A stretch of 64,000 nucleotides of DNA from a virus, in the IMG/VR virus record IMGVR_UViG_3300020203_000008, positions 1 to 64,000 of that record; one strand, written 5' to 3'. Position numbers and translations under genes: made by a program. Positions within the stretch are counted from its first letter, which is position 1. Each line of letters begins with the position of its first letter. Positions 36,366 to 46,506 of the stretch are shown here, piece by piece. The notes beneath the pieces were generated by a model. That model was given only the letters and a program-made list of their open reading frames with translations. It was not told where the DNA came from and ran no database searches.

Positions 36366-37295
36366 CCTTCTCCTGAATGGGGGAGATGACTCCTACGGCG
36401 TCGAAGTCTGCTTGCTCTGCTGGTCTTAAATTAATTCCACAAGCGGGACAGAAGTAGTTGTAGATCTGGGATGGCAGAGCCACCCACCATGTACACCAGC
36501 ATCGCCCGCGGATCGTTCCGGGTGGTAGTGGTTCTAAAGTTTCCTGCTGCTGCTCGCCGCTCACAGGTAGCGCTCATTAGGCCAAATCGTGATTACTGAA
36601 ACTGAACCTGTACCGTGACACTTAGAACAGCTCGGTGCGAGATGCCAACTGAACGAGCACTCGCTACAAGGGATGCGCGGGTAGAATTGAAATTCCTTTT
36701 CGAGGAGACTTTTGTTCATACTACCAAGAGTTTCTCATGCGTTGGCCCTTGTTGCAAGTATGTAGTTCCTTGCGTTGTCCAGTTTCTCCGCCCATACTGG
36801 GAAGTCGAATCTAAGAAGTCAGATTAAGTAAGTCAGGTTGACCTTGCCGGGAAGGTATGATCCCGGCGCTGAGCAGATGCTGTAGTGATCTCAGGCTCAC
36901 CTGTCACCGTAGACAGGAGAGAGCCTGGTCATGATGTCCCTTTCGGGGGACCTCTCGCTGCGAGGGCAGGCGCACGGAAACGTGTTAGCTGGTTCTGCCT
37001 GAATTAACTCTTGTAAGAGACCAGAACGTGCGTAAGTCTTTAAACTGTGCAGCTCCGTTACGCTCCCGGTAGGGGGGACACCTGCGTCTAGGTAGGTTTC
37101 ACCCGAAGGGTTGTCTTTGCTCGATCGCTCGCGATCGTCGGCCGTAGGCCGCTGGGGTTGACCTTTCCTGCGCCTGCGGCGCGGGTCACAACGGCCTTCG
37201 GCCTAAAAAGATGGCTGCAAAAGGGTGCTTGTTCCGCTTGGTTGTTTGGTGTATCTTGTCGATAACGTATTAGTCCCGCTTGTTGTGGAGGGTCT

Positions 37296-37514
37296 GTGCA
37301 GTTCCGGATTGGTGAGCGTGTTCGTAACTTATTGAATGGTGTTGAGGGTACGGTTGTTCAGGTGTTTCCTGACACTTGTGGCCCGAGGCGTGATGGATCC
37401 ACAGTATTAGTTGATTATGATGCTGTGGTAACATTTGAGGACGATGAGGATGTCGTTGTTGTTCCGGCGCGGCAGGGTCATTCGTTTCGTCGCTTCCTAC
37501 AGAAGGTTGAGTAG
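37296..37514 (+). CDS. Small SH3-like hypothetical protein
   Basis: FRIGERV...GTVV pattern; GGAGG RBS. Confidence 0.55.
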   Translation: MQFRIGERVRNLLNGVEGTVVQVFPDTCGPRRDGSTVLVDYDAVVTFEDDEDVVVVPARQGHSFRRFLQKVE

Positions 37515-38834
37515 GTGAATTATTTCACTGCGTGTGAGCGTTGTGGTGATCGGTTTGAATCGAAGCCTGGTAAGCGTTTCTGTAAGGAAGGTTGCCGAAA
37601 GGCTTATAATAAGAAGGCTACTCGTGCAGCCGTGAGTTCTGGTGGTGTGACGGCTTCTCAGGGTTATGAGCGGATCCGGAAGCTTCTTGAAGATAACGAT
37701 ATCCCTGGAGATGCTATCGGTGAAGTGAAAACGATTCGTCTTAATGAGTGGACTGCTCTCGCTAAGGGTGAGATGGTTTTCGATGAGAGCGGGAAGGGAC
37801 ATCGGGAAGCTACTCGGGAAGTTCCGATGAAGTCGGCTTCGATTCTTCTTTCGCCTTCTTGGGCGGAGGGGCCGAAGTGGCCTGTTGTGCAGTCTGCTCC
37901 TCTTAATGTGAAGCCCTTGAAATCTAGGGCGAAGAAACGTCCTTCGGTTGGCTGGAAGACTGCGTTGATCTTGCCGGATCCGCAGGTTGGGTATCGTCGT
38001 GACATTCAGACCGGCGAGTTGGATCCGTTCCATGATCTGCGTGCGATTGATGTCGCTAATCAGATCTTGGCGGATGTCATTCCTGACACGGTGATTCTGT
38101 TGGGGGATTGCCTTGATTTTGCTCCTTTCGGGCGGTTTGTTCAGGAGCCATCGTTTGCTTTGACGATCCAACCAGCGATTAATTATATGGGTGCTTGGCT
38201 GGAACAGATGCGGTTTACCCTTCCAGATGCTGACATGCGGTTCATTGAAGGTAACCACGATCTTCGTTTGCAGACATCTATTATCAATAATGCTGCCGCA
38301 GCTTTCGGTATTAAGGCTGCTAATAAGCCAGATTCGTGGCCCGTATTAAGCGTCCCTAACCTCTTAAATCTGGATGCTCTTAATATTCAGTATGTCTCAG
38401 GGTATCCTGCCGGAGCCACCTATCTGAATAATCAGCTCGCCTGTGTCCACGGTTTGAAGGTCAAGTCGGCGGGTTCGACTGCCGCTCAAGTCATTGACGA
38501 CGAACGAGTTTCTACCATTTTTGGGCATGTCCATAGGATCGAGACAGTATATAAGACCAGGAACTCTAGGGGGAAGCCGAAATTCTCGATGGCTCATACT
38601 CCAGGCTGTTTGGCTCGCATTGATGGTGGAGTACCTTCAACAAAATCTGGTATCGATCCTCATGGGCATCCCGTCAAATCGTTTGAAAACTGGCAACAAT
38701 CAGTCAGTTTGGTGCGATATGAAGAAGGCGATGGCCGGTTTGCTATTGAGAGCATCCCGATTTGGGAAGGTTGGGCTCTCTATAATGCTAAAGAATATCG
38801 TTCCCAAGTCGATATGAAAGGGATGGCTGTCTAA
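37515..38834 (+). CDS. Metallophosphoesterase with N-terminal Zn finger
   Basis: CERC...FCKEGC; PDPQ, GDCLD, EGNHD, VHG, FGHVHR. Confidence 0.85.
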   Translation: MNYFTACERCGDRFESKPGKRFCKEGCRKAYNKKATRAAVSSGGVTASQGYERIRKLLEDNDIPGDAIGEVKTIRLNEWTALAKGEMVFDESGKGHREATREVPMKSASILLSPSWAEGPKWPVVQSAPLNVKPLKSRAKKRPSVGWKTALILPDPQVGYRRDIQTGELDPFHDLRAIDVANQILADVIPDTVILLGDCLDFAPFGRFVQEPSFALTIQPAINYMGAWLEQMRFTLPDADMRFIEGNHDLRLQTSIINNAAAAFGIKAANKPDSWPVLSVPNLLNLDALNIQYVSGYPAGATYLNNQLACVHGLKVKSAGSTAAQVIDDERVSTIFGHVHRIETVYKTRNSRGKPKFSMAHTPGCLARIDGGVPSTKSGIDPHGHPVKSFENWQQSVSLVRYEEGDGRFAIESIPIWEGWALYNAKEYRSQVDMKGMAV

Positions 38835-39016
38835 TGGCTGCTGCATCAGAAGTGTGGGTTTATAAAGGCAATAATGGCAAGTGGTGGTGGAGGGCGAAGT
38901 CGAAGAACTACAAGATCATCGGCGCGTCTGAGCAAGGTTTCCGTTACCGGTGGTATGCGGTCAAGAGGGCCAGGAGTGCTTTCCCGGATACCCCAGTAAT
39001 CATCGATATCGGTTAG
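38834..39016 (+). CDS. YegP/DUF1508-like small protein
   Basis: YKGNNGKWWWRAKSKNYKIIGASEQGF. Confidence 0.7.
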   Translation: MAAASEVWVYKGNNGKWWWRAKSKNYKIIGASEQGFRYRWYAVKRARSAFPDTPVIIDIG

Positions 39017-39027
39017 AAGGGCTTAAA

Positions 39028-39453
39028 ATGACGAGAGCTAGAAGTATGGCGGCAGCAGCAATTGTTGTAGTCAACGCTATTGTGTTATTTATTGCAAGCT
39101 TTGATAGTATTGATTGGTCCGATGCTCAAGTCGGACTTGTCATGTTGGAAGCTACTACTATCACTGCTCTGATGTTGGCTATATACAACCATTTCCTTCC
39201 GGCTACTAAGCGAGAGTCTGTAGCTATTGGCAGCAGTCTTATTGCAGTGGCAGCGTCAACGACGGGGCTTCTTACTGGATTCCAATTGTGGTCCCTGAAT
39301 GACGCTCAGAACAGTTTGCTCGTCGGTGTTGTAGTGGCTGTTATTGGGTTGGCAACGGCTATGTTTGTGCGTGAGCAAGTGACTGCTTCTATGTCCCCTC
39401 CGACAGACTCGGCTAACGAGCACTACAAGGGCAACATTGATGGGGAAGTCTGA
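39028..39453 (+). CDS. Holin-like membrane protein
   Basis: Four TM segments, VREQVT ending; directly upstream of the endolysin. Confidence 0.65.
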   Translation: MTRARSMAAAAIVVVNAIVLFIASFDSIDWSDAQVGLVMLEATTITALMLAIYNHFLPATKRESVAIGSSLIAVAASTTGLLTGFQLWSLNDAQNSLLVGVVVAVIGLATAMFVREQVTASMSPPTDSANEHYKGNIDGEV

Positions 39454-40160
39454 TGCCAACAGGAGCGTGGGTTCAGGTCGGCAACACCGCTCAGGGCGGC
39501 TGTCGGGCTGGAGCTGCGGCACTCCACCGGTACCTCATTTATCGGTGGGGCGATGGTGTCGGCTCGTTTGGGTGCTATAACCCGAACAGCCGTGCCGGGT
39601 CTGGCTGGTCGCTGCACCGTGAAGGCCGCGCCATTGATGTGAGCGTTGCATCTTCGGTGAAGTACAAAGGCGACGAGATTTTCGCTTGGTGCATCGCTAA
39701 TGCAGACCACCTCGGGCTCCAGGAGATCCAGTGGTACGGGCGGATCTGGACATCAAGGAAAAGTTCTCAAGGCATTCGTACCGACACGAGCGCGGCCCGG
39801 AATCTTCATTTTGATCACGTACACGTCGGACTGGCCTACGGCTGGTCGTTCACCCCGCCCGGTGGTGGCGGCATCCCCGGTGGTGGCGGAACGCCTCCAC
39901 CTCAACAAGGAGTTGAAGATATGGCACAAGTACCGCAAGAGGAGTGGAACGAGATCAGGAACAAGGTGCGCGAGATCGATAACACGATGCACAATAACGT
40001 CTACGGCGTGGCGATGAAGACGAACTCCATCGAGACTCTCGCCATGACCCGCAAGATCCGTGACGCTATCTTTAATAATACCTTTGGTGTGGCGATGCAG
40101 AACATCACGATCGACACCTGGCAGAAGGTCGGAGCTATTTTCTCCCGAATTAAGGCTTGA
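39453..40160 (+). CDS. Endolysin, M15-type Zn peptidase
   Basis: SLHREGRAIDV and HFDHVHV motifs; G/P-rich linker. Confidence 0.75.
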   Translation: MPTGAWVQVGNTAQGGCRAGAAALHRYLIYRWGDGVGSFGCYNPNSRAGSGWSLHREGRAIDVSVASSVKYKGDEIFAWCIANADHLGLQEIQWYGRIWTSRKSSQGIRTDTSAARNLHFDHVHVGLAYGWSFTPPGGGGIPGGGGTPPPQQGVEDMAQVPQEEWNEIRNKVREIDNTMHNNVYGVAMKTNSIETLAMTRKIRDAIFNNTFGVAMQNITIDTWQKVGAIFSRIKA

Positions 40161-40428
40161 GTGGGCTAGAAACTGGAATCCTTCGAGATTACTGACGATA
40201 CCTTTTATACTAGGCCGAATTAGGAGAATAATGAGTGAAGATGGTGGACGCCCACCCGCAACTAAGGGTTCCAAGATGCATGGTGGACTTATTCGTCGTG
40301 ATAAACGAGTCGAAAAGGACCGCAACGGGAACACGACTACTCAGCACTGGGACGGACGTAAAGATGTTCATATCAAGGCTAATCCGGCCAACGTCAAGTT
40401 GGCCGTTCAGAACCCAGGAGAATAACTA

Positions 40429-40866
40429 ATGGCATTTGGTACCTCTGGACTATATGTAGCTAACTGGATCGATATTATCGATGCTACACAGTTGGCAATT
40501 AATCTTGTGGGTGACACTGTTAAGTGCGCTATGTACACTGATACACTCACACCCAACTTTTCGAGTAACACTATCTACTCGGCCACCAATGAGGTCTCCG
40601 GTGCCGGTTATACCGCTGGTGGCGCTACCCTCGCTTCGAAGACGGTCACTGAATCACCTACCGGTACCCTCATGTTTGATGCAGCCGATGTTGCGTTTGC
40701 GGCATCTACAATCACGGCTGCTCGTGGAGCGATCGTCTATGACACGACGGTCTCTAACTCGCTGATTGTTGCCATCACCTTCGGTGGCGACTTTTCAACC
40801 ACTGCGGGTACGTTCACCATTCAGTGGAGTGCGCTAGGTATATTTACGATAGATCTCACGCCCTGA
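40429..40866 (+). CDS. Virion structural protein
   Basis: NEVSGAGYTAGGATL...FDAADV...ITAARGAIVY pattern common in phage structural proteins. Confidence 0.7.
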   Translation: MAFGTSGLYVANWIDIIDATQLAINLVGDTVKCAMYTDTLTPNFSSNTIYSATNEVSGAGYTAGGATLASKTVTESPTGTLMFDAADVAFAASTITAARGAIVYDTTVSNSLIVAITFGGDFSTTAGTFTIQWSALGIFTIDLTP

Positions 40867-40870
40867 TCTG

Positions 40871-41443
40871 ATGGCTCGCTATATGCTGGCCCGCGAGGGT
40901 ATCCAGCCAAATCATGGCGAGATGCGTGGTCCTATCGCTCCAGTCAACGACCCGAACTACCCGAAGGGCGGCACGCTCGGGTACGGCAAGCCGGGTGAGT
41001 TCGCGCAGTGGAAGGTGATTCATGACGCTGGTGCTGCGTTCGTAGTGTGGGTGTCTGGTAGCGACGAGTGGGAGACCGGCTACGTAGACACGTTAGCTGA
41101 GTCCGTTTCTGCTGAGACTTTCGATGTGTTCCTGGTCAAGCTTGCTGAAAGCGTTTTGTTGGTTGACGGTTCCGTCAGGGCCAGGCTGGCCGCAACAGTG
41201 TTGGATTCCCTTCGCTTGGATCCCATGGCCGTGGTGGCTGCCCCAATGAACAGCACTGATGAGTCGTTCATCAAGGAAGGCGCGGTCACTGCGCCGGAGA
41301 ATCCAGCCTCAGAGATACTCCATGAGGCTGGGAGCACAGCGAAGGGTGGCTTGGTGGTTCGGTTCCCCGACGCTGGTGAGATCGCATCTCAAAAGCTTGA
41401 TCCCTCTGTGTTGGATCTAGCAGCCTTGGGAATAGAGCCTTAA
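40871..41443 (+). CDS. Hypothetical protein
   Basis: Within the structural operon. Confidence 0.6.
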   Translation: MARYMLAREGIQPNHGEMRGPIAPVNDPNYPKGGTLGYGKPGEFAQWKVIHDAGAAFVVWVSGSDEWETGYVDTLAESVSAETFDVFLVKLAESVLLVDGSVRARLAATVLDSLRLDPMAVVAAPMNSTDESFIKEGAVTAPENPASEILHEAGSTAKGGLVVRFPDAGEIASQKLDPSVLDLAALGIEP

Positions 41444-42102
41444 TGTATATTCAAAGAGATAGCTGGACTGGTGCTAGTCCTAGCTGGAATACCGGCTGGA
41501 CAATGACCACTGTCAGTGGAGTGGCAGTCACATTTAGTGCTCCAGGTTCAACGGGTAGAATGCGCCAGCCAACCACATCAGCGACGAATTCTTGGGCTCA
41601 CGCTAACGCTGATATCAACATCCAAGATGGGGAAATATTTGCAGTCTTCAACTCAGTCGTTACTGGCACGACTGCTCCCCTTTTGGAGTTTGCTGCTAGA
41701 TGGGATGGGAACGCTCTTGGTTCAGCTAACTGTTACCTGTTCCAAGTATGGCCCGCAGTCTTCATAGGTAAAATCAACATCTCCAAATATGTGGGTGGAG
41801 TCAATACGGTTCTTGTTGCTGGCTTGCAGTCCGGCATGACTTTACCGTTTAATGTCAAAGTCCAGTGTATTGGTTCTACAATCAGAGCTAAATCATGGAA
41901 TGGTGCAGAACCAGCCTGGGGAACGAATACTAGTTCCGTGACTGACTCTTCCATAACTGGTGGTGGACGGTGGGCAGTGGGGGCCAACATGACTTCGACC
42001 ACCGCTGGCACATCAATCGATATTGCGGACAACTGGGTCGATAACTTTTTACCGGCCCAAGAAGTCAATTATCAGTCAAAAAGATCACTAATCACGAGGT
42101 AG
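41443..42102 (+). CDS. Beta-sandwich structural/lectin-like protein
   Basis: IRAKSWNGAEPAW...TDSSITGGG motif. Confidence 0.6.
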   Translation: MYIQRDSWTGASPSWNTGWTMTTVSGVAVTFSAPGSTGRMRQPTTSATNSWAHANADINIQDGEIFAVFNSVVTGTTAPLLEFAARWDGNALGSANCYLFQVWPAVFIGKINISKYVGGVNTVLVAGLQSGMTLPFNVKVQCIGSTIRAKSWNGAEPAWGTNTSSVTDSSITGGGRWAVGANMTSTTAGTSIDIADNWVDNFLPAQEVNYQSKRSLITR

Positions 42103-42106
42103 GCAG

Positions 42107-42577
42107 ATGGCATCATCTAAAGCAGGACCATTCTCGGTAATTATGAACAACGTTGCTGTGACTGGAGCGATCACGCTTATCCAGGTTAAGGCTGGAGCGG
42201 CTTCTACTGTAGAGGTACTCAAGGCTTGGGTTTCGCAGGGTTCTTCTACGGTATCTACTCAGCAGAGAATTCAGATTAACAGGAAGTCTGGTACGGCTAC
42301 CGTTACCTCAGCTACTCCAGCGGCTCTAACTGGTGGAACCACTGCTGACGCTGTTGGTGGCACGTCAGCTACAGGAACGAACGCTTCCGCTGAGGGTACC
42401 GACTCAACGGTGCTGATCAACGATGTCTTTAACATCCTGAATGGTTGGCTATATGTGCCAATCCCAGAGGAGCGAATCACTATTCCACCTGGTGGATTCC
42501 TCGGCTTGAAGTTTCCTACTGCTCCTGGTAGCTCAACTACCTACACCGCTGGGATTATTTTCCAAGAACTGGGTTGA
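42107..42577 (+). CDS. Virion structural protein
   Basis: T/A/G-rich; ends PEERI...FQE. Confidence 0.6.
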   Translation: MASSKAGPFSVIMNNVAVTGAITLIQVKAGAASTVEVLKAWVSQGSSTVSTQQRIQINRKSGTATVTSATPAALTGGTTADAVGGTSATGTNASAEGTDSTVLINDVFNILNGWLYVPIPEERITIPPGGFLGLKFPTAPGSSTTYTAGIIFQELG

Positions 42578-42580
42578 GTC

Positions 42581-43684
42581 ATGGCGCTTAACTGGGTTTA
42601 TAGGTTACCGCCTCAAGGTAATGTTCAGCCACAGGTCAGATCGGGTCAGCCGGGTATAGTCCCGGTTTTACTTCTTGACGCCACCGTTATACCTGCCGCT
42701 GTCACCGCTATATCAGCGGTTCCTGCCCCTGTAATTACAGCTAGTGCCACAGTCACACCAACGACAGTTGTATCTGTAGTCGCGGTTAATGCTCCTACGA
42801 TTACGGCTACCGCAACGGTCACGCCTGTCGCTGTCACCGCTATATCAGCGGTTCCTGCCCCTGTAATTACAGCTAGTGCCACAGTCACACCAACGACAGT
42901 TGTTGCTATATCAGCGATTCCTGCTCCGACTATTCAGACCGGCATAACGATCGCTCTAAGCGTGGTGGTAGCTACCGCTGCGGTTCCTGCCCCGACGATT
43001 ACGGCTACAGCTAATGCACCACCGGATGCTGTGGTTGCCACAACTACTGTTAATGCTCCAACGATTACAGCAAACGCAACCGTAACTCCATCGACAGTGG
43101 TGGCTATAGCGACAGTGGATTCTCCTGCTGTCCAGACTGCCGGGAACGCCACGGCGCTTCCATCTACTGTTCAAGCAATCGTCTCAGCCGATGCTCCAAC
43201 AGTCACTGCATCGGCGGCTACAACGCCGTTTGGAGTGACTGTGATAGTGGCAGTAGATGCCGCTATCATCACTACCAGCGCTACTGTTACTCCTTCTATA
43301 GTTGCAGTAATAGCTACTGTTGGATCTTCGGTTGTTATAACTGGAGGAGATGCTGCTGTATCTCCACCTACAGTCGCTGGGGTCGCCGCAATTAACGCTC
43401 CGACTGTTTTAACAGCAGTTATAGCGCCGCCAACCACTGTAGCGGCTATAGCGTCTGTTGGCTCACCTGAAATTCAAGTAGGTGTGGCTGTAGCCGTATC
43501 CACTGTTGCGGCAGTAGCGAGCATACCTACCGTTACAGTATCTACTGCTCTTCCTGCCCCAGAGACCTTTGGTCCGACTAGAGCAATTCTGGTCGATAGC
43601 GGGCTAACGTTTGCTATAGCTGAATCTAGCGGGCTAACGTTTGCTATAGTTGAATCCAGTTTGTCTAATGTCGTTGTATTGTAA
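42581..43684 (+). CDS. Ala/Thr/Val/Pro-repeat fibre-like protein
   Basis: ~22-aa repeats (ATVTPxxVxAxxxVPAPxIT); exact DNA duplication of ~42698-42770 at ~42830-42902. Confidence 0.75.
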   Translation: MALNWVYRLPPQGNVQPQVRSGQPGIVPVLLLDATVIPAAVTAISAVPAPVITASATVTPTTVVSVVAVNAPTITATATVTPVAVTAISAVPAPVITASATVTPTTVVAISAIPAPTIQTGITIALSVVVATAAVPAPTITATANAPPDAVVATTTVNAPTITANATVTPSTVVAIATVDSPAVQTAGNATALPSTVQAIVSADAPTVTASAATTPFGVTVIVAVDAAIITTSATVTPSIVAVIATVGSSVVITGGDAAVSPPTVAGVAAINAPTVLTAVIAPPTTVAAIASVGSPEIQVGVAVAVSTVAAVASIPTVTVSTALPAPETFGPTRAILVDSGLTFAIAESSGLTFAIVESSLSNVVVL

Positions 43685-43708
43685 GGTCTCTTAATAGATA
43701 GGATTGTC

Positions 43709-44047
43709 ATGGCTACTGATTTTACAATAAAAGAAGGGGATAGGCTTCCCGAAATAATCTGCAATCTGCAAGATGCAATCGGAAACAAGGTCCCTTTAAC
43801 TGGAGCAACTGTGAGGTTTATCCTTGTGGATAAAGGTACGGGGACGGTGAAAGTGAATGCGGCAGCCACTATTGTTAATGCTCTCAATGGTCAGGTTAAA
43901 TATTCTTGGGCTACCGGGGATACTGACACTTCGGGAAGCTACAGTGCTGAGTGGGAAGTTACCTTTGGGGACGGTCGTAGCGAGACGTTTCCAAACTTCA
44001 AGAACCTTAATGTGAAGGTATTCAAGGACCTCGGCGGGATCATTTAA
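43709..44047 (+). CDS. BppU-like baseplate/tail protein
   Basis: FTIKEGDRLP...LTGATVRF...GQVKYSW...DTDTSG.Y.AEWEVTF...ETFP. Confidence 0.75.
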   Translation: MATDFTIKEGDRLPEIICNLQDAIGNKVPLTGATVRFILVDKGTGTVKVNAAATIVNALNGQVKYSWATGDTDTSGSYSAEWEVTFGDGRSETFPNFKNLNVKVFKDLGGII

Positions 44048-44134
44048 GACATGAAGAAGGGGCCAGACCGAAGCCTGACCCCCTCACGTTGCTTTCCCTG
44101 TGGTGTAGCAGTTTGCTGCACCAATCGTAACAGC

Positions 44135-44737
44135 CTAGCAGGCCGACCAGTGAGAACAACCGTTTCCGTTGTTCCAGAGTTCAGTGGCCCACTGATCTTG
44201 CACTTCCTCGGGAGCATCGGCCGCGTTGTTGTACCCGCCGTAGCCTCCCCAGGTTCCAGGCATAGCCTGGTATTTTCCGCTGGCTCCCGAACCTTGATGG
44301 TTGTAGACGGTCGGGTCACCGCCTGATTCGCGCTCGCAGATGTACTGAGGGATAGCACAAGGAGTTCCTGTACCGTCCCATTCTGCTGCTGACCTAACTT
44401 GAGTGAGAACCTGACCTTGGCGAAGAAGCTCTACTTCTTGCGCTTGGAGTCGGGCAAGCTCTGCCTCATACTCTGCTTGGGCTCGTGCAGCCTCAGCAGT
44501 TACATATCTTACGATGTTCTCGTAGACGATCTCAAGACCCTCTAGCGATGAACCAGGGACCCCTGCTTGCGGGTTCCCTGTTTGAGTTTTGATTTCAATG
44601 GGAGCCCTCTTCTTTTCGACTGCCCCCGATGGTGTTATTGCTGCAAATCCAAGTGCTGCCACTGGAATTGCAATTACCGGAATGAGGAAATTGCGTAGGT
44701 TTCTCAGGATTTTGCTCCTTGTTGGCCAATAAAACAA
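44135..44737 (-). CDS. Secreted Rpf-like lytic transglycosylase
   Basis: Signal peptide; CERESGGD...SGKYQ...TWGGYGG...A.A.EEVQD...W. Confidence 0.85.
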   Translation of the reverse strand: MFYWPTRSKILRNLRNFLIPVIAIPVAALGFAAITPSGAVEKKRAPIEIKTQTGNPQAGVPGSSLEGLEIVYENIVRYVTAEAARAQAEYEAELARLQAQEVELLRQGQVLTQVRSAAEWDGTGTPCAIPQYICERESGGDPTVYNHQGSGASGKYQAMPGTWGGYGGYNNAADAPEEVQDQWATELWNNGNGCSHWSAC

Positions 44738-44871
44738 ACGACCCGCCTAAGCGGATCGTTGATACCATACGGAGTCTCACCGTAAGATCCGTACACTATA
44801 CTGGATTGCCTCTTGCAATGCAACCCCTGATAGAATAAGATCTACTCTCGACCGTATCTTAAGGAGAAAAC

Positions 44872-45225
44872 GTGGATTTCATTATGCCCGATGAGCAACC
44901 GGACGGACTGCCCGAAGATGTACCCGAAGAAAAACTGAAGGAACTAGCTGACGTTCTCAGCGATAAGTCTCGCAAGATTGGCCTATACTCTCTAGGTGTG
45001 GGGTTCATCGAAGATCCTGACTCCGAAGAAGGTGAGCCTTCCCAGCATACCTTGGTTATGCAGTATCAGATTGGTGATATAGCTTTCTCTCCTAGGGTTC
45101 AGGATCCAGAGACTGATCAGATGAATGACGAGTTCAGAAAGATTGCTACTGCTACGATCGATGACGATGTAGAGGAAATCAAGAAGCGTTACCTCAAGAA
45201 TCCAGATATAGAGGACGAAGAATAA
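44872..45225 (+). CDS. Hypothetical acidic protein
   Basis: AAGGAG RBS. Confidence 0.6.
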   Translation: MDFIMPDEQPDGLPEDVPEEKLKELADVLSDKSRKIGLYSLGVGFIEDPDSEEGEPSQHTLVMQYQIGDIAFSPRVQDPETDQMNDEFRKIATATIDDDVEEIKKRYLKNPDIEDEE

Positions 45226-45226
45226 G

Positions 45227-45523
45227 ATGGTCGTAGAAGCGATAGTCGTCCCTAGGGACAAATTTCCGTTACGGCGGAAGACTTCGTGCTGCGGCAAGGA
45301 GGCAAAGCGTGGTGAATCGGTGCTTGTTGTGCCTTTTCGTCAAGGTGGTAACCTTAAGGGGCAAGTGATCCTTCACCGACGTTGCATCGCTCCGATCGTA
45401 GAAGAGATGCCTCTCGATGCTAGGGACTACGAAGCCAGGTTTAAGTCGCTCCAGCAGACCATTGAGTCTTCGGGTGAGGCTTTCCCGGACAAAAGGAAGG
45501 TGATGCGTCGTGGCACAGAATGA
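45227..45523 (+). CDS. Hypothetical protein
   Basis: Tightly packed ORF. Confidence 0.55.
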   Translation: MVVEAIVVPRDKFPLRRKTSCCGKEAKRGESVLVVPFRQGGNLKGQVILHRRCIAPIVEEMPLDARDYEARFKSLQQTIESSGEAFPDKRKVMRRGTE

Positions 45524-46145
45524 CCCTATTAATCCGATTGAAAATCACACATACTACAATATCTCCTTGAATGAGGCGCGAGAAGATATCGAAGAGATTG
45601 AGAAGTTGAGAGCCGAACTTCTTAAAACCATTAATAGCTCCAGTATGCAGATAACAACCTCAGCTTCGAAAGCCGAGAATAGTACCGTGAGCAATATTAC
45701 GGGTGGTACCTATACCTATCTGACTAGCGGTACTGGTATCAATACCATCGGTACTGGTCCCAATTATCAGTTAATGGGCACAAGTACAAGTACTAATCTC
45801 CAGTTCAATCCTTGTCTCTCTGGTCATTCCCTGACGGAAGATACTATTGAGTATGCTGATGGTCTTCTCGTTGGTTTCTGCGAGCATTGTTCTACGCGGG
45901 TAGAGCTTAAGAAGATTCCAGGCGGAATCTCAATGTTCCGTGTAAAGGCTCTTTTGGGTGGAGTGATGGGCCTAGAGGAAGATACCGAGGAACTTAATCT
46001 TGGCGACCTCCTGGGAGTTTTCGAGGAGCTTAACCGTGACCTCGATGAAGAAGAACGTGCTATGCGTCAGAAGCGCAAGATGATCGATCTTGCTACCCAA
46101 GTTCTTAATAATAAAGTGACTGACCGTGGAAAGACTGACGCTTAG
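45510..46145 (+). CDS. Hypothetical protein
   Basis: 211 aa, coiled-coil ends. Confidence 0.6.
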   Translation: MAQNDPINPIENHTYYNISLNEAREDIEEIEKLRAELLKTINSSSMQITTSASKAENSTVSNITGGTYTYLTSGTGINTIGTGPNYQLMGTSTSTNLQFNPCLSGHSLTEDTIEYADGLLVGFCEHCSTRVELKKIPGGISMFRVKALLGGVMGLEEDTEELNLGDLLGVFEELNRDLDEEERAMRQKRKMIDLATQVLNNKVTDRGKTDA

Positions 46146-46506
46146 TTTCGAAGCGCCTAATGTTCCATTAAGCATCAATAAGGCCAACAAGATGCATTGG
46201 GCGGCTAAGAAACGGGCCATCGATCCCTGGCGTGATTCCGTGCGACAAGCATGGGAGAACGTTACGTTGAAGAACACAGTTAAAGGCCGTCCTTGTGAGG
46301 TTGAGATTCATCTCCCTTTTCGGACGAAACAACGTCGAGATCCCCACAACTATACTGGTACTAATGTCAAAGCAATTATCGATACATTAGTACGTTGTGG
46401 TGTTTGGCCTGATGACACTCCCGAATGGGTGCGTGTCATGGATCCCATCATTCTGATTGGCACGACAGAGTGTCAGGTGGTCCTGACGTTGAGGGCTGAA
46501 GAATGA
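46126..46506 (+). CDS. rusA: RusA-like Holliday junction resolvase
   Basis: RRDPHN...KAIIDTL..GVWPDDT. Confidence 0.8.
   Translation: MERLTLSFEAPNVPLSINKANKMHWAAKKRAIDPWRDSVRQAWENVTLKNTVKGRPCEVEIHLPFRTKQRRDPHNYTGTNVKAIIDTLVRCGVWPDDTPEWVRVMDPIILIGTTECQVVLTLRAEE

Noticed and set aside
37497-38258. 253-aa minus-strand ORF
   Set aside because: Antisense to a well-supported metallophosphoesterase.
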